Assembly (NCBI GenBank): GCA_963706575.1
Contig: CAVPNL010000009.1
Location: 192,001-256,000 of the forward strand
Direction: 5' to 3'
From: an uncultured delta proteobacterium
GTDB taxonomy: Bacteria; Desulfobacterota; Desulfobacteria; Desulfobacterales; JAHEIW01
DNA length: 64,000 nt
A program made the translations under genes and the position numbers. Position 1 is the first letter of the stretch, and the number at the start of each line of letters is the position of its first letter. Of this stretch, positions 18,500 to 29,288 are shown one piece after another. Under the pieces are notes generated by a model. It was given only the letters and a program-made list of their open reading frames with translations, had not been told where the DNA came from and searched no databases.

Positions 18500-20834
18500 A
18501 ATACGAAACATACGCCTCCCGATCGTATTAATTCTAGCCGCATTTTTTGCGGCCCACCTGTGTTTTTGGCTCTTGCCGAATGTTTTTGAGATCTGGAATT
18601 CCCAGACCATCGATCAACTTTTTATTTTACGTTCGCGAACCGAAAATCTGCGGCCGAATTACGACCCCACGGTTGTCCATCTGGATTTTAACAATACCAG
18701 TATTGAGCGGCTAAAAAACCTTTACCTGAATCGGCGCCATTTTGCCCAGCTGGTCCGCAATCTGAAATCCATGCAGGTTGCTGCCCAGGTTTACGATTTC
18801 ATTTTTGCCGCCAAAATAAATGCGCAGGACGACCTTGAACTCATTCAAGCCGTCAAAGAGGCCGGCAATGCTTATTTCGGTCTGGCTCTGGAATTGCGCA
18901 AACCCGGTGAGCCGGGAAACCGCAAAAAGGTGGCTTCAAGAGGCAGAAGCTATGTGCTTCAGACCAAATGGGATATTGGCGTCGATGCCGCCGCTGACAA
19001 TCTTTATGTGGGCGAAAATCCCCTGACCACTTATGCCGAGCTGGCGAATGCGTCCCGCGCTCTGGGGTCGCTGAGTGTTAAATTTGACCCCGATGGTGTC
19101 CTGCGCCGGGTTCCGCTGCTGGTACGTTATGAAGATGCTTTTTATCCGCTTTTACCGCTGCGCGTCGTCTGTGACTATTTTCAGGTGCCGCCGGAAAAAA
19201 TTACGCTCAAAGCCGGCCGATCGATTATTTTAAAAGATGCAAAACGGCCGGGCTCCGAACCGCGTGATATCACGATCCCCATTGATCGTCATGGTGATAT
19301 GATTGTCAATTACGTCGGTCCCTGGGGGCGCATGCATCATTATAATTTTGCCGATATTTTACGCGCTTCCGATGATCGCGACGAGCTGGAAATCTGGTCC
19401 GAAGAGCTAAAAGGCAAAATCATCATTATCTCAGATGTTTCCACCGGCTCAACGGATGTCGGACCCGTGCCGACCGATTCCAATTTTCCTTTGAGCGGGG
19501 TGCATGCCAATGTGATTCACAATATCCTGAACGAATCTTTTCTTAGAGAGCTCTCCGGGCGGCAAATGCTGCTTATCGAAGCCGTGCTGCTGGCAGCGCT
19601 CTTTTTGCTTTCTTTACGGTTTTCTTCCCTGACCTTTTCTTTTGGCACTGTTTTTCTGGCGGCGGCCTACATTGTCGCTGTCATGGTGAGTTTTTTTTAT
19701 GGCCAGGTCATTTTGAATATTGTCCGGCCGCTGCTGATTATCGGTTTTGCCATGATTGCCATCGTTGTTTACCGCTACATTATGGAAGAAAAAGAAAAGA
19801 TGGAAAGTCTGCGCCAGCGGGATTTTGTTCGCCACACCTTTGGCCGTTATCTCAGCAGTGAAGTGGTTGAAGAATTGTTGGATTCTCCGACCGGACTGAA
19901 AATGAGTGGCGAAAACCGCGAGGTCACCTTTCTGGTGTCGGATCTGAGAGGATTTACCGCGCTGACCTCCAGCCTTTCCCCGCAACAGGTGATTGAAATC
20001 ATCAACCGTTATTTTGAGCATATGGTTGATGTTATCGCGCGCTATCAGGGAACGGTGAATGAATTCATGGGCGACGGCATTTTAGCTTTTTTCGGCGCCC
20101 CCATTTACGCCCATGACGATCCCGAACGGGCGGTGGCCTGCGCCATCGGGATGCAAAATGCGCTGGTGGCGGTTAATGCTGAACAGCGCCGGCTCAAGCT
20201 GCCGGAGCTGGCCATGGGGATCGGTATCAACACCGGTGAAGTGGTGGTGGGCAACATCGGCTCGGAAAGGCGCGCCTCTTATGGTGCCGTCGGCACGCCC
20301 ATCAACGCTGCTTATCGCATCGAATCGTTTACAGTCGGTGGACAGATCCTCATCAGTCCCACAACCTATGATCGTGTGGAATCGGATCTGACCATCATCG
20401 GAACCAAGGAAGTCAAATTCAAGGGACTCGATGAGCCGGTGGCCCTTTACGATGTCGCTGGCATCGGACAACCGTATCAGGTCTTTTTGCCGGAAAAAAA
20501 GGCGGTTGCGTTGACCCGCCTGAACCCGCCCCTGCCAATTGAATGCTTTCTCCTGGAAGGCAAAGCCGTATCCGATACAGCGATTGCCGGCCGCATTACC
20601 CACCTTGCAGAAAATTCGGCTGAAGTTTTTTTAGACAAAAAGCAATCGGCCTATACCAACCTGAGAATCGTGCTGGCATCCCCTGAAACCCGCGGGCTAT
20701 CAGAATTGTATGCCAAAGTTTTGCCGCACGATAAACCGGATGGTTCCGCTCCCGACCACCGCGCACGACTGCAATTTACCTCCATGCCTCAGGACACAAA
20801 GGATTTTCTGGATAAAAAACAATCAGAAGGTTGA
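18486..20834 (+). CDS. CHASE2-domain membrane adenylate/guanylate cyclase with PilZ-like C-terminus
   Basis: DPDGVLRRVPL and GVHAN (CHASE2), 3 TM, SDLRGFT, FMGDG, GIGINTGEVVVGNIGS. Confidence 0.9.
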   Translation: MTTSKIRNIRLPIVLILAAFFAAHLCFWLLPNVFEIWNSQTIDQLFILRSRTENLRPNYDPTVVHLDFNNTSIERLKNLYLNRRHFAQLVRNLKSMQVAAQVYDFIFAAKINAQDDLELIQAVKEAGNAYFGLALELRKPGEPGNRKKVASRGRSYVLQTKWDIGVDAAADNLYVGENPLTTYAELANASRALGSLSVKFDPDGVLRRVPLLVRYEDAFYPLLPLRVVCDYFQVPPEKITLKAGRSIILKDAKRPGSEPRDITIPIDRHGDMIVNYVGPWGRMHHYNFADILRASDDRDELEIWSEELKGKIIIISDVSTGSTDVGPVPTDSNFPLSGVHANVIHNILNESFLRELSGRQMLLIEAVLLAALFLLSLRFSSLTFSFGTVFLAAAYIVAVMVSFFYGQVILNIVRPLLIIGFAMIAIVVYRYIMEEKEKMESLRQRDFVRHTFGRYLSSEVVEELLDSPTGLKMSGENREVTFLVSDLRGFTALTSSLSPQQVIEIINRYFEHMVDVIARYQGTVNEFMGDGILAFFGAPIYAHDDPERAVACAIGMQNALVAVNAEQRRLKLPELAMGIGINTGEVVVGNIGSERRASYGAVGTPINAAYRIESFTVGGQILISPTTYDRVESDLTIIGTKEVKFKGLDEPVALYDVAGIGQPYQVFLPEKKAVALTRLNPPLPIECFLLEGKAVSDTAIAGRITHLAENSAEVFLDKKQSAYTNLRIVLASPETRGLSELYAKVLPHDKPDGSAPDHRARLQFTSMPQDTKDFLDKKQSEG

Positions 20835-20889
20835 TAGCCTACAGGCGAATGGCTTCAATTCAGATAAGGCCCCCTAGTGATTTTCTTTT

Positions 20890-22218
20890 TTAGACTACCC
20901 GGTACAGGTTATTAATATATTCCACTGCAAATTCCCGGGCCATGCTTCTATCGGGCATGGTGCCCAGCATGGCATACATGGCGGCCTGTTCCGAGAGGTC
21001 CTGGGAGTCAGCCGGGGGGACTTCAGGAGCGATACGGCGCAAGTCATCAAGGAATTTATCCGCAACCGACAGGTGCACAGGCGATACCGTCATGTGAAGG
21101 CTGGGCGGTAATTGCTGGGCTTCGATGTGCCAGCCGCATTCGGCCATCCGGGCCGACAGCTCGTAAATATTAATTTCGTCGCTGCCGAAAGCAAAAACGG
21201 TAGCATCCGGATCCCCCAAAACATATAGTTGCGGTATGGCGTTGATACCTTTGATGAGTTTTTCAGTGGCCGCCTTGGCCTTTTGCGCCAGAGCCATAAA
21301 ACCTTCCTCCCCAAGGTAATGCATTACCGCCCATGCGGCCGCCATCGTGCCGCCGGGACGGGCGCCGGCCAAACAGGGGGTTGCGTAGACGCCCCCGGAC
21401 CAATCCGCGTAAGCGAAGATCTGAAATTTGCGAAAATCGCGGTTACGGTACATAACGGTGGAAACCCCTTTGGGCGTATAAGCGTATTTATGGATATCGG
21501 CCGAGATGGACGTCACCCCCGGTACGCTGAAATCATAAGGCGGAATTTCGTATCCCAGCCGTTTTAAAAACGGCAGCATCAATCCTCCCAGGCAGGCGTC
21601 CACGTGCAGCCAGAGGTTTTTCTTTTCTGCAAGCGCGCCAATTTCTTCTATGGGGTCTACCATGCCGTGGGGATAGGTGACTGCGGTGCCGCCTAAAATG
21701 ACGGTGTTTTTCGTAACAGCGCTTTTCATGGCAGCTACATCGGCCCGCAGGTCATCTTTTACCGGTGTCATGCTTATTTTAATGTCCAGATAGTGGGCTG
21801 CCTTATTCCAGGCCGGATGGGCGGTTACCGGCACCACCATTTCAGGCTCCTCAATCTGGGGATAGGTCTGCCGGGCCCAATCACGTGCCGCTTTCAAGGC
21901 CATAAAAATGCTTTCGGTACCTCCGCTGGTAAAGCTGCCGACAGTTTCATCGTCGCCGCCGCTCAAGGAGATGACGCTAGAAACCACTTCGGTTTCCATT
22001 TTTACCAGACTCGGAAAGGCCATCGGGCTCAGGCCGTTTTCAATTAAAAAAAGAGCGCTGGCCTCTTTTACAAGCGCCTCTACTTCCGGACCGGCTTCGT
22101 AAATCAGGCCGAACAACTGGCCTTCGTGCCATTTAACATCATCGGATTTAAATGACCTCAGCGTGTTCAACACGTCTTCGCTGGACATACCTTTTTGCGG
22201 TAGCGATATCTGTCCCAT
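20890..22218 (-). CDS. Sphingosine-1-phosphate lyase-like group II PLP enzyme
   Basis: TSGGTESI, HVDACLGG, SISADIHKYAYTPKG (PLP Lys). Confidence 0.85.
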   Translation of the reverse strand: MGQISLPQKGMSSEDVLNTLRSFKSDDVKWHEGQLFGLIYEAGPEVEALVKEASALFLIENGLSPMAFPSLVKMETEVVSSVISLSGGDDETVGSFTSGGTESIFMALKAARDWARQTYPQIEEPEMVVPVTAHPAWNKAAHYLDIKISMTPVKDDLRADVAAMKSAVTKNTVILGGTAVTYPHGMVDPIEEIGALAEKKNLWLHVDACLGGLMLPFLKRLGYEIPPYDFSVPGVTSISADIHKYAYTPKGVSTVMYRNRDFRKFQIFAYADWSGGVYATPCLAGARPGGTMAAAWAVMHYLGEEGFMALAQKAKAATEKLIKGINAIPQLYVLGDPDATVFAFGSDEINIYELSARMAECGWHIEAQQLPPSLHMTVSPVHLSVADKFLDDLRRIAPEVPPADSQDLSEQAAMYAMLGTMPDRSMAREFAVEYINNLYRVV

Positions 22219-22242
22219 TCTCCTTCCTCCGTTTTATTTATT

Positions 22243-22356
22243 ATTAGCCACAGACCCACACAGACACGCACTAACCTTTTGAGCGAAAGACCCTTCAATA
22301 ACGTCGCGAGAAAAAAAGCACTTGTCTGTGTCTGTCCGTGTGGGTCCGTGGCTAAT
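22243..22356. repeat. Tandem-repeat palindrome, CACAGAC family
   Basis: attagccacagacccacacagac / gtccgtgtgggtccgtggctaat. Confidence 0.8.
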
Positions 22357-22357
22357 T

Positions 22358-23722
22358 CTATGATTTAGGTGGTCCCCAGAATTTGAGCAACCGAATCAGC
22401 GCCAGTCCGAGAACCATCACACCCAGAAAGACGAGCGAGGTGGTCCCAACCCCCCAGTTCCACCAGACCGGGGCATTCACGAGCAGTAAACAACCGCCGA
22501 TAGGGACGATGGAAAGGACATTCATTACGGCGATTTCGATGGCCACCGGAGTTTTAAAATCCGGGTCTGCGATTCTTAAAAGTAAAAGCCCGCAGGAGAC
22601 GGTTCCGGTTACCGCCCCATAGACAGCGGCGGTTCTTTCGAGGTTATAGTCCCACAGGCGCTTTCCAAGGTAAACAACAACCATAGTGGTCAAAACGCCG
22701 TTGAGGATTGAAATCAGGAAAATGGGAAGCGCATATTTCCATACAACCAAAACTTGAATGGCCATCACCGTCGCCACGATTAGAAAATCGATCGACCAGC
22801 CGGTAATTCTGCGCTGTATTCCGGGATCAATCAGATGTCCGGCACCCAATTTTTGAATCAGCAATCTGACAAAGATCGCAAAAACAAGCCCGAACACAAA
22901 GAAAAATCCCCACATTATCTTCGCGGCATCCGATGGCAGCAACAATCCCACATATTTCACGAACCCGTAGGTCAGCAGATAAACCAGCCCGACTAAAGCT
23001 GCCTGAAACGCCATAGAATCGACGTTGCCCGTATGCAGGGTCAGCTTGCCGGCTGTTTCGGTTTGTTTATCTCTGGGTATGATACCGGTGAGAAGATCCC
23101 GGGGTAATGCCTTCGCTCCGTAAGTGGCCAGCCCCTTTCGAATTCCCCGGTTAACGATCGGCACGCCGACAAAAAACGCAAACAGGTAACCAATGGCAGC
23201 AAAGGTTAATCCGATGGTGGCGGCCTGTTCAAAGCCGAATCCCTCCCAGACTTTACCGACCGACAGGGCCTGACCGGGCCCTTCCTCAAATCCCAGGGGC
23301 GCCAGAAAACCAAACGTCGGAAAAAGCTCCATTCCCAGGATCCCGAAAAGAATAACCAGCAAGCCGCCCACGGCCGCCTGAAGGCCAAAACACGAACCCT
23401 GGACCAGCGCCATCCAGGTCGGCCCCTTGATAAATGTTTTGCTGCGGGGCGAGTTGTCTTTTTGATCGTTGCTGTGGGTCAGCCCGACCGAAATAAAGGA
23501 GATATTGAAGAAATGATAGGCAAATATTTCCAGATCAGAAACGGCAATTTTGATAACCCGAAAATTCACAAGGATCAGGCCGATGATGCCGCCGATGAGG
23601 CAACTCGGAAAGAGAAATCTCTGGAAAAAGGGAACCCTGGCTCTCAGAAGCACGCCGATAAGCAGCATGCTTGCCAGCCAGCCGAAAACCAGCATGGATT
23701 CAAAAGGAAACGGGACTGTCAT
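22358..23722 (-). CDS. Sodium/glutamate symporter (GltS family)
   Basis: PSCLIGG, GFEEGPGQA, YGAVTGT..GLLLLRIADP; multi-TM. Confidence 0.8.
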   Translation of the reverse strand: MTVPFPFESMLVFGWLASMLLIGVLLRARVPFFQRFLFPSCLIGGIIGLILVNFRVIKIAVSDLEIFAYHFFNISFISVGLTHSNDQKDNSPRSKTFIKGPTWMALVQGSCFGLQAAVGGLLVILFGILGMELFPTFGFLAPLGFEEGPGQALSVGKVWEGFGFEQAATIGLTFAAIGYLFAFFVGVPIVNRGIRKGLATYGAKALPRDLLTGIIPRDKQTETAGKLTLHTGNVDSMAFQAALVGLVYLLTYGFVKYVGLLLPSDAAKIMWGFFFVFGLVFAIFVRLLIQKLGAGHLIDPGIQRRITGWSIDFLIVATVMAIQVLVVWKYALPIFLISILNGVLTTMVVVYLGKRLWDYNLERTAAVYGAVTGTVSCGLLLLRIADPDFKTPVAIEIAVMNVLSIVPIGGCLLLVNAPVWWNWGVGTTSLVFLGVMVLGLALIRLLKFWGPPKS

Positions 23723-23937
23723 TTCTACCCTCTCGTTTTGCTTCTATTGGGAAGTTTTAAACAGCAGGACTGCCGGACAGATCAGAATAGGGGATCAGGA
23801 AAAACCTGTCAATTGATAATGATCACCTATTAACAGCTCCTTTTTAAATCGATCATAGCAAGATCTTATCGATTGACTTTTCGATCTTAATAAAACATAA
23901 AAAAACGGGTCCATTTCTAACAGAAAGGAGGTTTAGG

Positions 23938-25680
23938 ATGAAAAGATTTTTGTGTCTTTTGGGCTTCTTTGCACTGATCCTGTGTGGGATAGGTGCGGAT
24001 GCTGAGGTTAAGAACCCGGATACATTTGTGCTGGCTGACTACCGGACGGTCCAGACGATTGATCCGGCCACATCCTATGATGTAGCCGGATCCATGCGGA
24101 TCTGGAATATGTATGAGACACTGATCTTCTTCGACGGCAGCTCCACGGAAAAATATGTGCCGCTGCTGGCGGACAAGGTTCCGACTGTGGAAAACGACGG
24201 CATCGCGGCAGATGGCAAAAGGTATACGTTTAAAATTCGCAAGGGCGTGAAATTTCACGCCGGTGGTGAATTGACAGCGGAGGATGTGGTTTATTCCTTT
24301 AAGCGCAATATGATTGTGGACCAGGACGGCGGCCCCATGTGGATGCTGCTGGAAGCTCTGACGGGCAATGGTTCGACCCGTGATAAAGACGGCAAAATAA
24401 TTCCCGGTGTGTTTGAAACCATCGACAAGGCCGTTGAAGCCAAAGGGGACAGCGTCGTTTTCCATTTGCCCAAACCCTACCCGCCCTTAATGAGCATTTT
24501 GTGTTATACGGCGTCTTCCATTTTAGATAAAGAATGGACCGTCTCCAAAGGCTGCTGGGATGGAAATATTCAAAATGCTGCCAAATACAACAATCCGGCA
24601 CCCGGGCACGAGCCGTTGCAAAAAATCGAAAACGGAACCGGTCCGTATTATTTGAAAAAGTGGGAGCCGGCCAAACAGTTTATCTTTGAACGCTTTGACG
24701 GGTACTGGGGCCCGGCGGCCAGGATTAAAACCGGCATTGTCAAGTATGTCAAAGAATGGAGCACCCGCAAGCTGATGCTTCAAAATGGTGATGCCGATCG
24801 CGTTGTGGTCGACACGCCCTATGTGCCGGAAGTCAAGGCCATGAAGGCGCTCAGAATTTATGAGGTGCCCCAGTTGTCTTATACCGCCGGAATGTTCTGT
24901 CGCAAAATCAACCCGAGCGGCAACCCGAATATCGGCAGCGGCAAACTGGACGGAGACGGTATCCCACCGGGCTTTTTCACCGATATCAACGTGCGCAAAG
25001 CCTTTTTGCACGCCTTTGACCGGAACACATACAAGAAAGATGTCTTTCACGACCTGGTTATCATGCCCACCAGCCCGAATGTAGAAGGCCTGCCATACCA
25101 CGTCGAAGTGCCGGTCTATGAATTTGATTTGAAGAAAGCCGCTGAATATATGAAGCAGGCCTGGAACGGTCAGGTTTGGGAAAAAGGCTTTAAGATGATC
25201 ATCACCCATAACACGGGCAATGACATGCGTGAAGCGGCAGCGGTGATGCTGGCTGAAAATATCATGTCCTTGAACCCCAAATTTAGAATCGACGTGCGTA
25301 ATGTCGAGTGGAAAGATTATGTCGTTAAAATCCGCGATTTTCAGTACCCGATGTTTTTGAGCGGATGGGGGGCGGATTATGCCGACCCGCACAATTTTGT
25401 TTATCCGTTTATGCATTCAAATGGATATTACGGCAAATTCATGAGCCTGAAGAACGACAAAATTGACGGTTTGTGCGATGCCGGTATTGAAAATGTCGAC
25501 CCCCGCAAACGCCAGGAAATTTATTCTCAGCTTCAGAAAATCTGGTATGAGGATGCCATCGGCATTCCACTTTATCAGCAGATTGTGGTGCGGGCCTACC
25601 GGGATTATGTGCACGGCTTTGTCCCCAATGCCATGTTTACCGATGATAATGAGATACTAAAGCGTCTATACAAAAAGTAA
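23938..25680 (+). CDS. dppA: Peptide ABC transporter substrate-binding protein (family 5)
   Basis: Signal peptide, IDPA, YETL, IRKGVKFH, GTGPY, GWGADYADP. Confidence 0.92.
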   Translation: MKRFLCLLGFFALILCGIGADAEVKNPDTFVLADYRTVQTIDPATSYDVAGSMRIWNMYETLIFFDGSSTEKYVPLLADKVPTVENDGIAADGKRYTFKIRKGVKFHAGGELTAEDVVYSFKRNMIVDQDGGPMWMLLEALTGNGSTRDKDGKIIPGVFETIDKAVEAKGDSVVFHLPKPYPPLMSILCYTASSILDKEWTVSKGCWDGNIQNAAKYNNPAPGHEPLQKIENGTGPYYLKKWEPAKQFIFERFDGYWGPAARIKTGIVKYVKEWSTRKLMLQNGDADRVVVDTPYVPEVKAMKALRIYEVPQLSYTAGMFCRKINPSGNPNIGSGKLDGDGIPPGFFTDINVRKAFLHAFDRNTYKKDVFHDLVIMPTSPNVEGLPYHVEVPVYEFDLKKAAEYMKQAWNGQVWEKGFKMIITHNTGNDMREAAAVMLAENIMSLNPKFRIDVRNVEWKDYVVKIRDFQYPMFLSGWGADYADPHNFVYPFMHSNGYYGKFMSLKNDKIDGLCDAGIENVDPRKRQEIYSQLQKIWYEDAIGIPLYQQIVVRAYRDYVHGFVPNAMFTDDNEILKRLYKK

Positions 25681-25728
25681 TCATATTTTAAGCGATCTTT
25701 ATCCACCACGGATTCAAAATACACATAT

Positions 25729-25825
25729 ATCGCGGCAAGATGCCGCTCCCACAAATTATTTCGGAAATAAGCAAGGGAAATTGCGATGACTACTGATAGT
25801 AGTGGGAGTGGCTTCCAGCCACGAT
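25729..25825. repeat. REP-like pair (GTGG type)
   Basis: atcgcggcaagatgccgctcccac / gtgggagtggcttccagccacgat. Confidence 0.65.
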
Positions 25826-25862
25826 TATTATGTGCGGACTCAAGCGGCTCAACCTGAGAATT

Positions 25863-26894
25863 ATGCTCGCCTATATTACGCGTCGGTTTTTGCTGTTGAT
25901 ATTGGTGCTGTTCGGGGTCTCGGTGCTGCTCTTCGGCATCTTTATGACCTTCAGCCCGGAACGCAGAGCCGCCGCCTACGTCACCTCTCCCCAGCAGGCC
26001 AAAGACATTCCCCGGATCATCGAACAGTTCGGTCTGGATGATCCCTTTTACATCCAATATTTCCGCTGGGTGAAAGAACTATCCCAGGGCAACCTGGGCT
26101 GGTCCCTTGTGGCTTCGCGGCCGGTGGGCGAAGCCTTCTGGAATTATTTCCCGGTCACCCTGGAGATGAATCTGTTTGCAGCCCCCATTGTTATCATCTT
26201 TGGCATCTGGCTGGGGACCTTATCCGGTATCCATCGCAATACCTGGATCGATCATTCGACGCGAATTCTGGCGATTGTGGGCTGGTCGCTGCCCACCTTT
26301 TTCTTTGCGCTGGTTATGCTGATGGTCTTTTACGGCTACTTTCAGATTTTTTCTCCGGGTGTAATCAGCGACCATTTGTCCATGTTAATCATGGACAATC
26401 CGGAAGCGTTTACCCGCTACACCGGTTTATACACGCTTGACGGCATTCTCAACGGGCGCTGGAATGTTACCCTGGATGCGATCTCGCACCTGGTTCTTCC
26501 GGTTCTAACATATGTCATCGTTGTGGTGGCGCTAAACATGCGGGTGATGCGCTCGGGTCTGATCGAAGAGCTGTCCAAAGATTACGTGATTACCGCCAAG
26601 GCCAAAGGCGCCGATAACAAAACCGTTTATATCAAGCACGCCCGGCGCAATGCGCTGTTGCCGGTGATTACGGTGGCCGGTCAGATGGTGGCCTTATCCA
26701 TGGAGGGCAGTATTGCCGTGGAAGTCGTCTTTAATCGCCACGGCATCGGCTGGTGGCTGGCCGAATCGTCGATTCAACTCGATACGCCGGTGCTGCTGTG
26801 TATCTGTCTGTTTATGGCGGTGGTATTTGTCATCACCAATCTGACGTTGGATATTATGTATGCGTATATTGATCCCAGGATAAGGTTAAATTAG
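25863..26894 (+). CDS. dppB: Peptide ABC transporter permease
   Basis: YITRR, GLDDPFYIQY, TAKAKG, HARRNALLPVIT, IDPRIR. Confidence 0.92.
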   Translation: MLAYITRRFLLLILVLFGVSVLLFGIFMTFSPERRAAAYVTSPQQAKDIPRIIEQFGLDDPFYIQYFRWVKELSQGNLGWSLVASRPVGEAFWNYFPVTLEMNLFAAPIVIIFGIWLGTLSGIHRNTWIDHSTRILAIVGWSLPTFFFALVMLMVFYGYFQIFSPGVISDHLSMLIMDNPEAFTRYTGLYTLDGILNGRWNVTLDAISHLVLPVLTYVIVVVALNMRVMRSGLIEELSKDYVITAKAKGADNKTVYIKHARRNALLPVITVAGQMVALSMEGSIAVEVVFNRHGIGWWLAESSIQLDTPVLLCICLFMAVVFVITNLTLDIMYAYIDPRIRLN

Positions 26895-26994
26895 TTCTAT
26901 TAGTTTAATTGGTTTTATTGGTTCGATTGGTTCTGTTTCTGAAGGCTCTACATCAACCAATAAAACAAATCTAACGAATTAAACAAATTAAACA
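26891..26994. repeat. Tandem-repeat palindrome, ATTGGTT family, filling the dppB-dppC gap
   Basis: Runs from the dppB stop to the dppC ATG. Confidence 0.75.
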
Positions 26995-27897
26995 ATGACC
27001 TCACATCCCAGACTGCGTGAGCTTAAATTTACACTGCACCGGATTTTCAGGAACCCGGCGGCCATTATCGGGTTTTCCCTGATTTTGTTTTTTGCGGCCG
27101 TGGCAGTTTTTGCGCCGCAAATCGCACCACCGAAATACGACCATAACCCCTATCTGATGCCCCATAAAGGCTTTTCGCCCACTCCCAAACCGCCCAGCGA
27201 AACCCATATTTTCGGCACCGCATCCGGCCAGTACGATATCTTTTACGGCGTGGTCTGGGGCACGCGAACCGCCTTTAAAATCGGATTGTTTGTGGTCGGC
27301 ATCGCGGCGTTAATCGGGGTCACCCTCGGCGCGATATCCGGCTATTACGGCGGAATCGTCGATGAGGTGCTGATGCGCATTGTGGATGTCATGTGGGCCA
27401 TACCCACCCTGGTTCTGGCCATGACCATTGTGGTGGCTTTCGGCCGGGGACTCGACAAAATCATGATTGCCCTGGCGCTGGTGGGCTGGCGCTGGTACGT
27501 GCGGGTGATTCGTTCTGAAATTCTGACGTTGCGCGATCAGGATTTTGTCCAGGCCGCTAAAATCATGGGCGTGTCTGACGTTAAGATAATTCTGCGCCAT
27601 ATCATCCCCAATGCGATTTATCCGGTATTGATCCTGGCCACAATGGACATGGGCTCCATGGTGATCACCGCTTCTTTTATGAGCTTTGTGGGGCTGGGTG
27701 CGCCCAAGGGATTTGCCGACTGGGGCCAGATGGTGGCCCTGGCAAGAAACTATATTGTCGGTCCGCCGGACGATCCCCTAAAATTCTGGTATGCGATTGT
27801 TTTTCCCGGGGGCTGCATCGTTCTTTTCGTTCTGGGGTGGAATCTGATCGGCGATGCCCTGCGCGATGCCTTTGATCCGAAGCTCAGGCGAAGATGA
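26995..27897 (+). CDS. dppC: Peptide ABC transporter permease
   Basis: HIFGT, RHIIPN, GDALRDAFDPK. Confidence 0.92.
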   Translation: MTSHPRLRELKFTLHRIFRNPAAIIGFSLILFFAAVAVFAPQIAPPKYDHNPYLMPHKGFSPTPKPPSETHIFGTASGQYDIFYGVVWGTRTAFKIGLFVVGIAALIGVTLGAISGYYGGIVDEVLMRIVDVMWAIPTLVLAMTIVVAFGRGLDKIMIALALVGWRWYVRVIRSEILTLRDQDFVQAAKIMGVSDVKIILRHIIPNAIYPVLILATMDMGSMVITASFMSFVGLGAPKGFADWGQMVALARNYIVGPPDDPLKFWYAIVFPGGCIVLFVLGWNLIGDALRDAFDPKLRRR

Positions 27898-27906
27898 TTT
27901 TGTGAA

Positions 27907-27977
27907 TTCACCGCAGAGGCGCAGAGAACGCAAAGCAAATAAAATAAACTCTGCGATCTCTGCGTCTCTGCGGTGAA
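27907..27977. repeat. Tandem-repeat palindrome, CGCAGAG family
   Basis: ttcaccgcagaggcgcagag / ctctgcgtctctgcggtgaa. Confidence 0.85.
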
Positions 27978-27994
27978 AGAGAAAAGTAAATCCG

Positions 27995-29158
27995 ATGGCT
28001 AAATTGCTTGAAATCGAAAACCTGGTGACAAACTTTTACACTTACGAAGGGGTGGTCAAGGCTTTGAACAAAGTGAGCCTGGTGGTCGATCACGGTTCTA
28101 CCTTCGGGCTGGTGGGCGAATCCGGTTGCGGCAAAAGCGTAACAGCCCGTTCCATTATGCGTATTGTGCCGGAACCGGGCTACATCGAAGGCGGCAAAGT
28201 GATTGTTTGTCTGGACGAAAAAAACAGAGCGGCCGGCATCGATCTTCTTCAACAGTCAGAGGCCGACATGCAGCGCCTCCGCGGAGAAAGCATCTCGATG
28301 ATTTTCCAGGAGCCCAATGCAGCCCTGAATCCGACGATGCGGATCGGCGATCAGGTCGCGGAAAGTTTTTTGTTTCATCAGAAAAAGCAGATGTGTGCCA
28401 AAATTCTGGAAGATCTCGAATCACCGGCCTGCCGGACGGTTTTTCCGCTCAAACAATTGCAGCAGATGATCTATCGTATTGCTGTCCGGCAGCCCGCTGC
28501 CCTGATTCTGCGCCTGTTAAATCGGATGCCGATTTTGCGCTTGTGGCAGCGGCGCCTGAACGCTGAAGCCTCAGCCCACGCGGTTGAAATTATTGCCAAG
28601 CTGGGGATTCCCAATCCGGAAAATATCATCGAACGGTATCCGCATCATTTATCCGGTGGCATGAAGCAGCGCATCGTCATTGCCATTGCGCTGGCCTGCC
28701 GTCCTGTGCTGCTGATTGCAGATGAAGCCACATCGAATCTGGACGTGACCATCCAGGCCCAGATTCTGGAGTTGCTTCGTCGACTGAAGCTGGAAGAGAT
28801 TTCTTCGGTTTTATTGATTACCCATGACCTGGGTGTTGTGGCCGAAACCTGTGATCGCGTGGGGGTTATGTATGCCGGGAACCTGTGTGAAGTTGCCGAT
28901 GTTAAAGATTTATTTCAAAAGCCGTTGCATCCCTATACCCGGGCCCTGCTGGCGGCTGTGCCGAAATTTTCAATGGAAGATGAGTTAAAAAGCATCGAAG
29001 GCAATGTGCCCAATCTGGTTAGCCCGCCGAGCGGCTGCAGGTTTCACCCCCGCTGCCCGCATGCCGAGGCAGTGTGCAAGGAGGCATTTCCCGAAATGAC
29101 CGAAATGGGGAAAAATCATCTGGTGGCCTGCTACTGGGCCGCCTCAAAATACAGATGA
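27995..29158 (+). CDS. dppD: Peptide ABC transporter ATP-binding protein (with a long insert after the Q-loop)
   Basis: [29 protein letters not shown]. Confidence 0.92.
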   Translation: MAKLLEIENLVTNFYTYEGVVKALNKVSLVVDHGSTFGLVGESGCGKSVTARSIMRIVPEPGYIEGGKVIVCLDEKNRAAGIDLLQQSEADMQRLRGESISMIFQEPNAALNPTMRIGDQVAESFLFHQKKQMCAKILEDLESPACRTVFPLKQLQQMIYRIAVRQPAALILRLLNRMPILRLWQRRLNAEASAHAVEIIAKLGIPNPENIIERYPHHLSGGMKQRIVIAIALACRPVLLIADEATSNLDVTIQAQILELLRRLKLEEISSVLLITHDLGVVAETCDRVGVMYAGNLCEVADVKDLFQKPLHPYTRALLAAVPKFSMEDELKSIEGNVPNLVSPPSGCRFHPRCPHAEAVCKEAFPEMTEMGKNHLVACYWAASKYR

Positions 29159-29283
29159 CGGAGGACGGAAGACAGATGTCAGAGAACAAATGAAAGTAGG
29201 GTCGGCCTCTGTGCCGACCTCTGACCGGCGGGCACGGAGGCCCGCCCTACTTCTGAACCCAGAACGCAGAACCTTTGAACCCT
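29151..29283. repeat. GTAG-type REP doublet (29196-29250) flanked by orphan tandem-repeat arms
   Basis: gtagggtcggcctctgtgccgacc...ggcgggcacggaggcccgccctac; cagatg/cagag arm on the left, (gaacc)n arm on the right. Confidence 0.75.
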
Positions 29284-29288
29284 GCCAA

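Noticed and set aside
24523..25416. Long antisense ORFs (also 38187-38882, 51224-52147, 61978-62742, 7555-8169)
   Set aside because: They are shadows of well-supported genes on the opposite strand and have no recognisable motifs.
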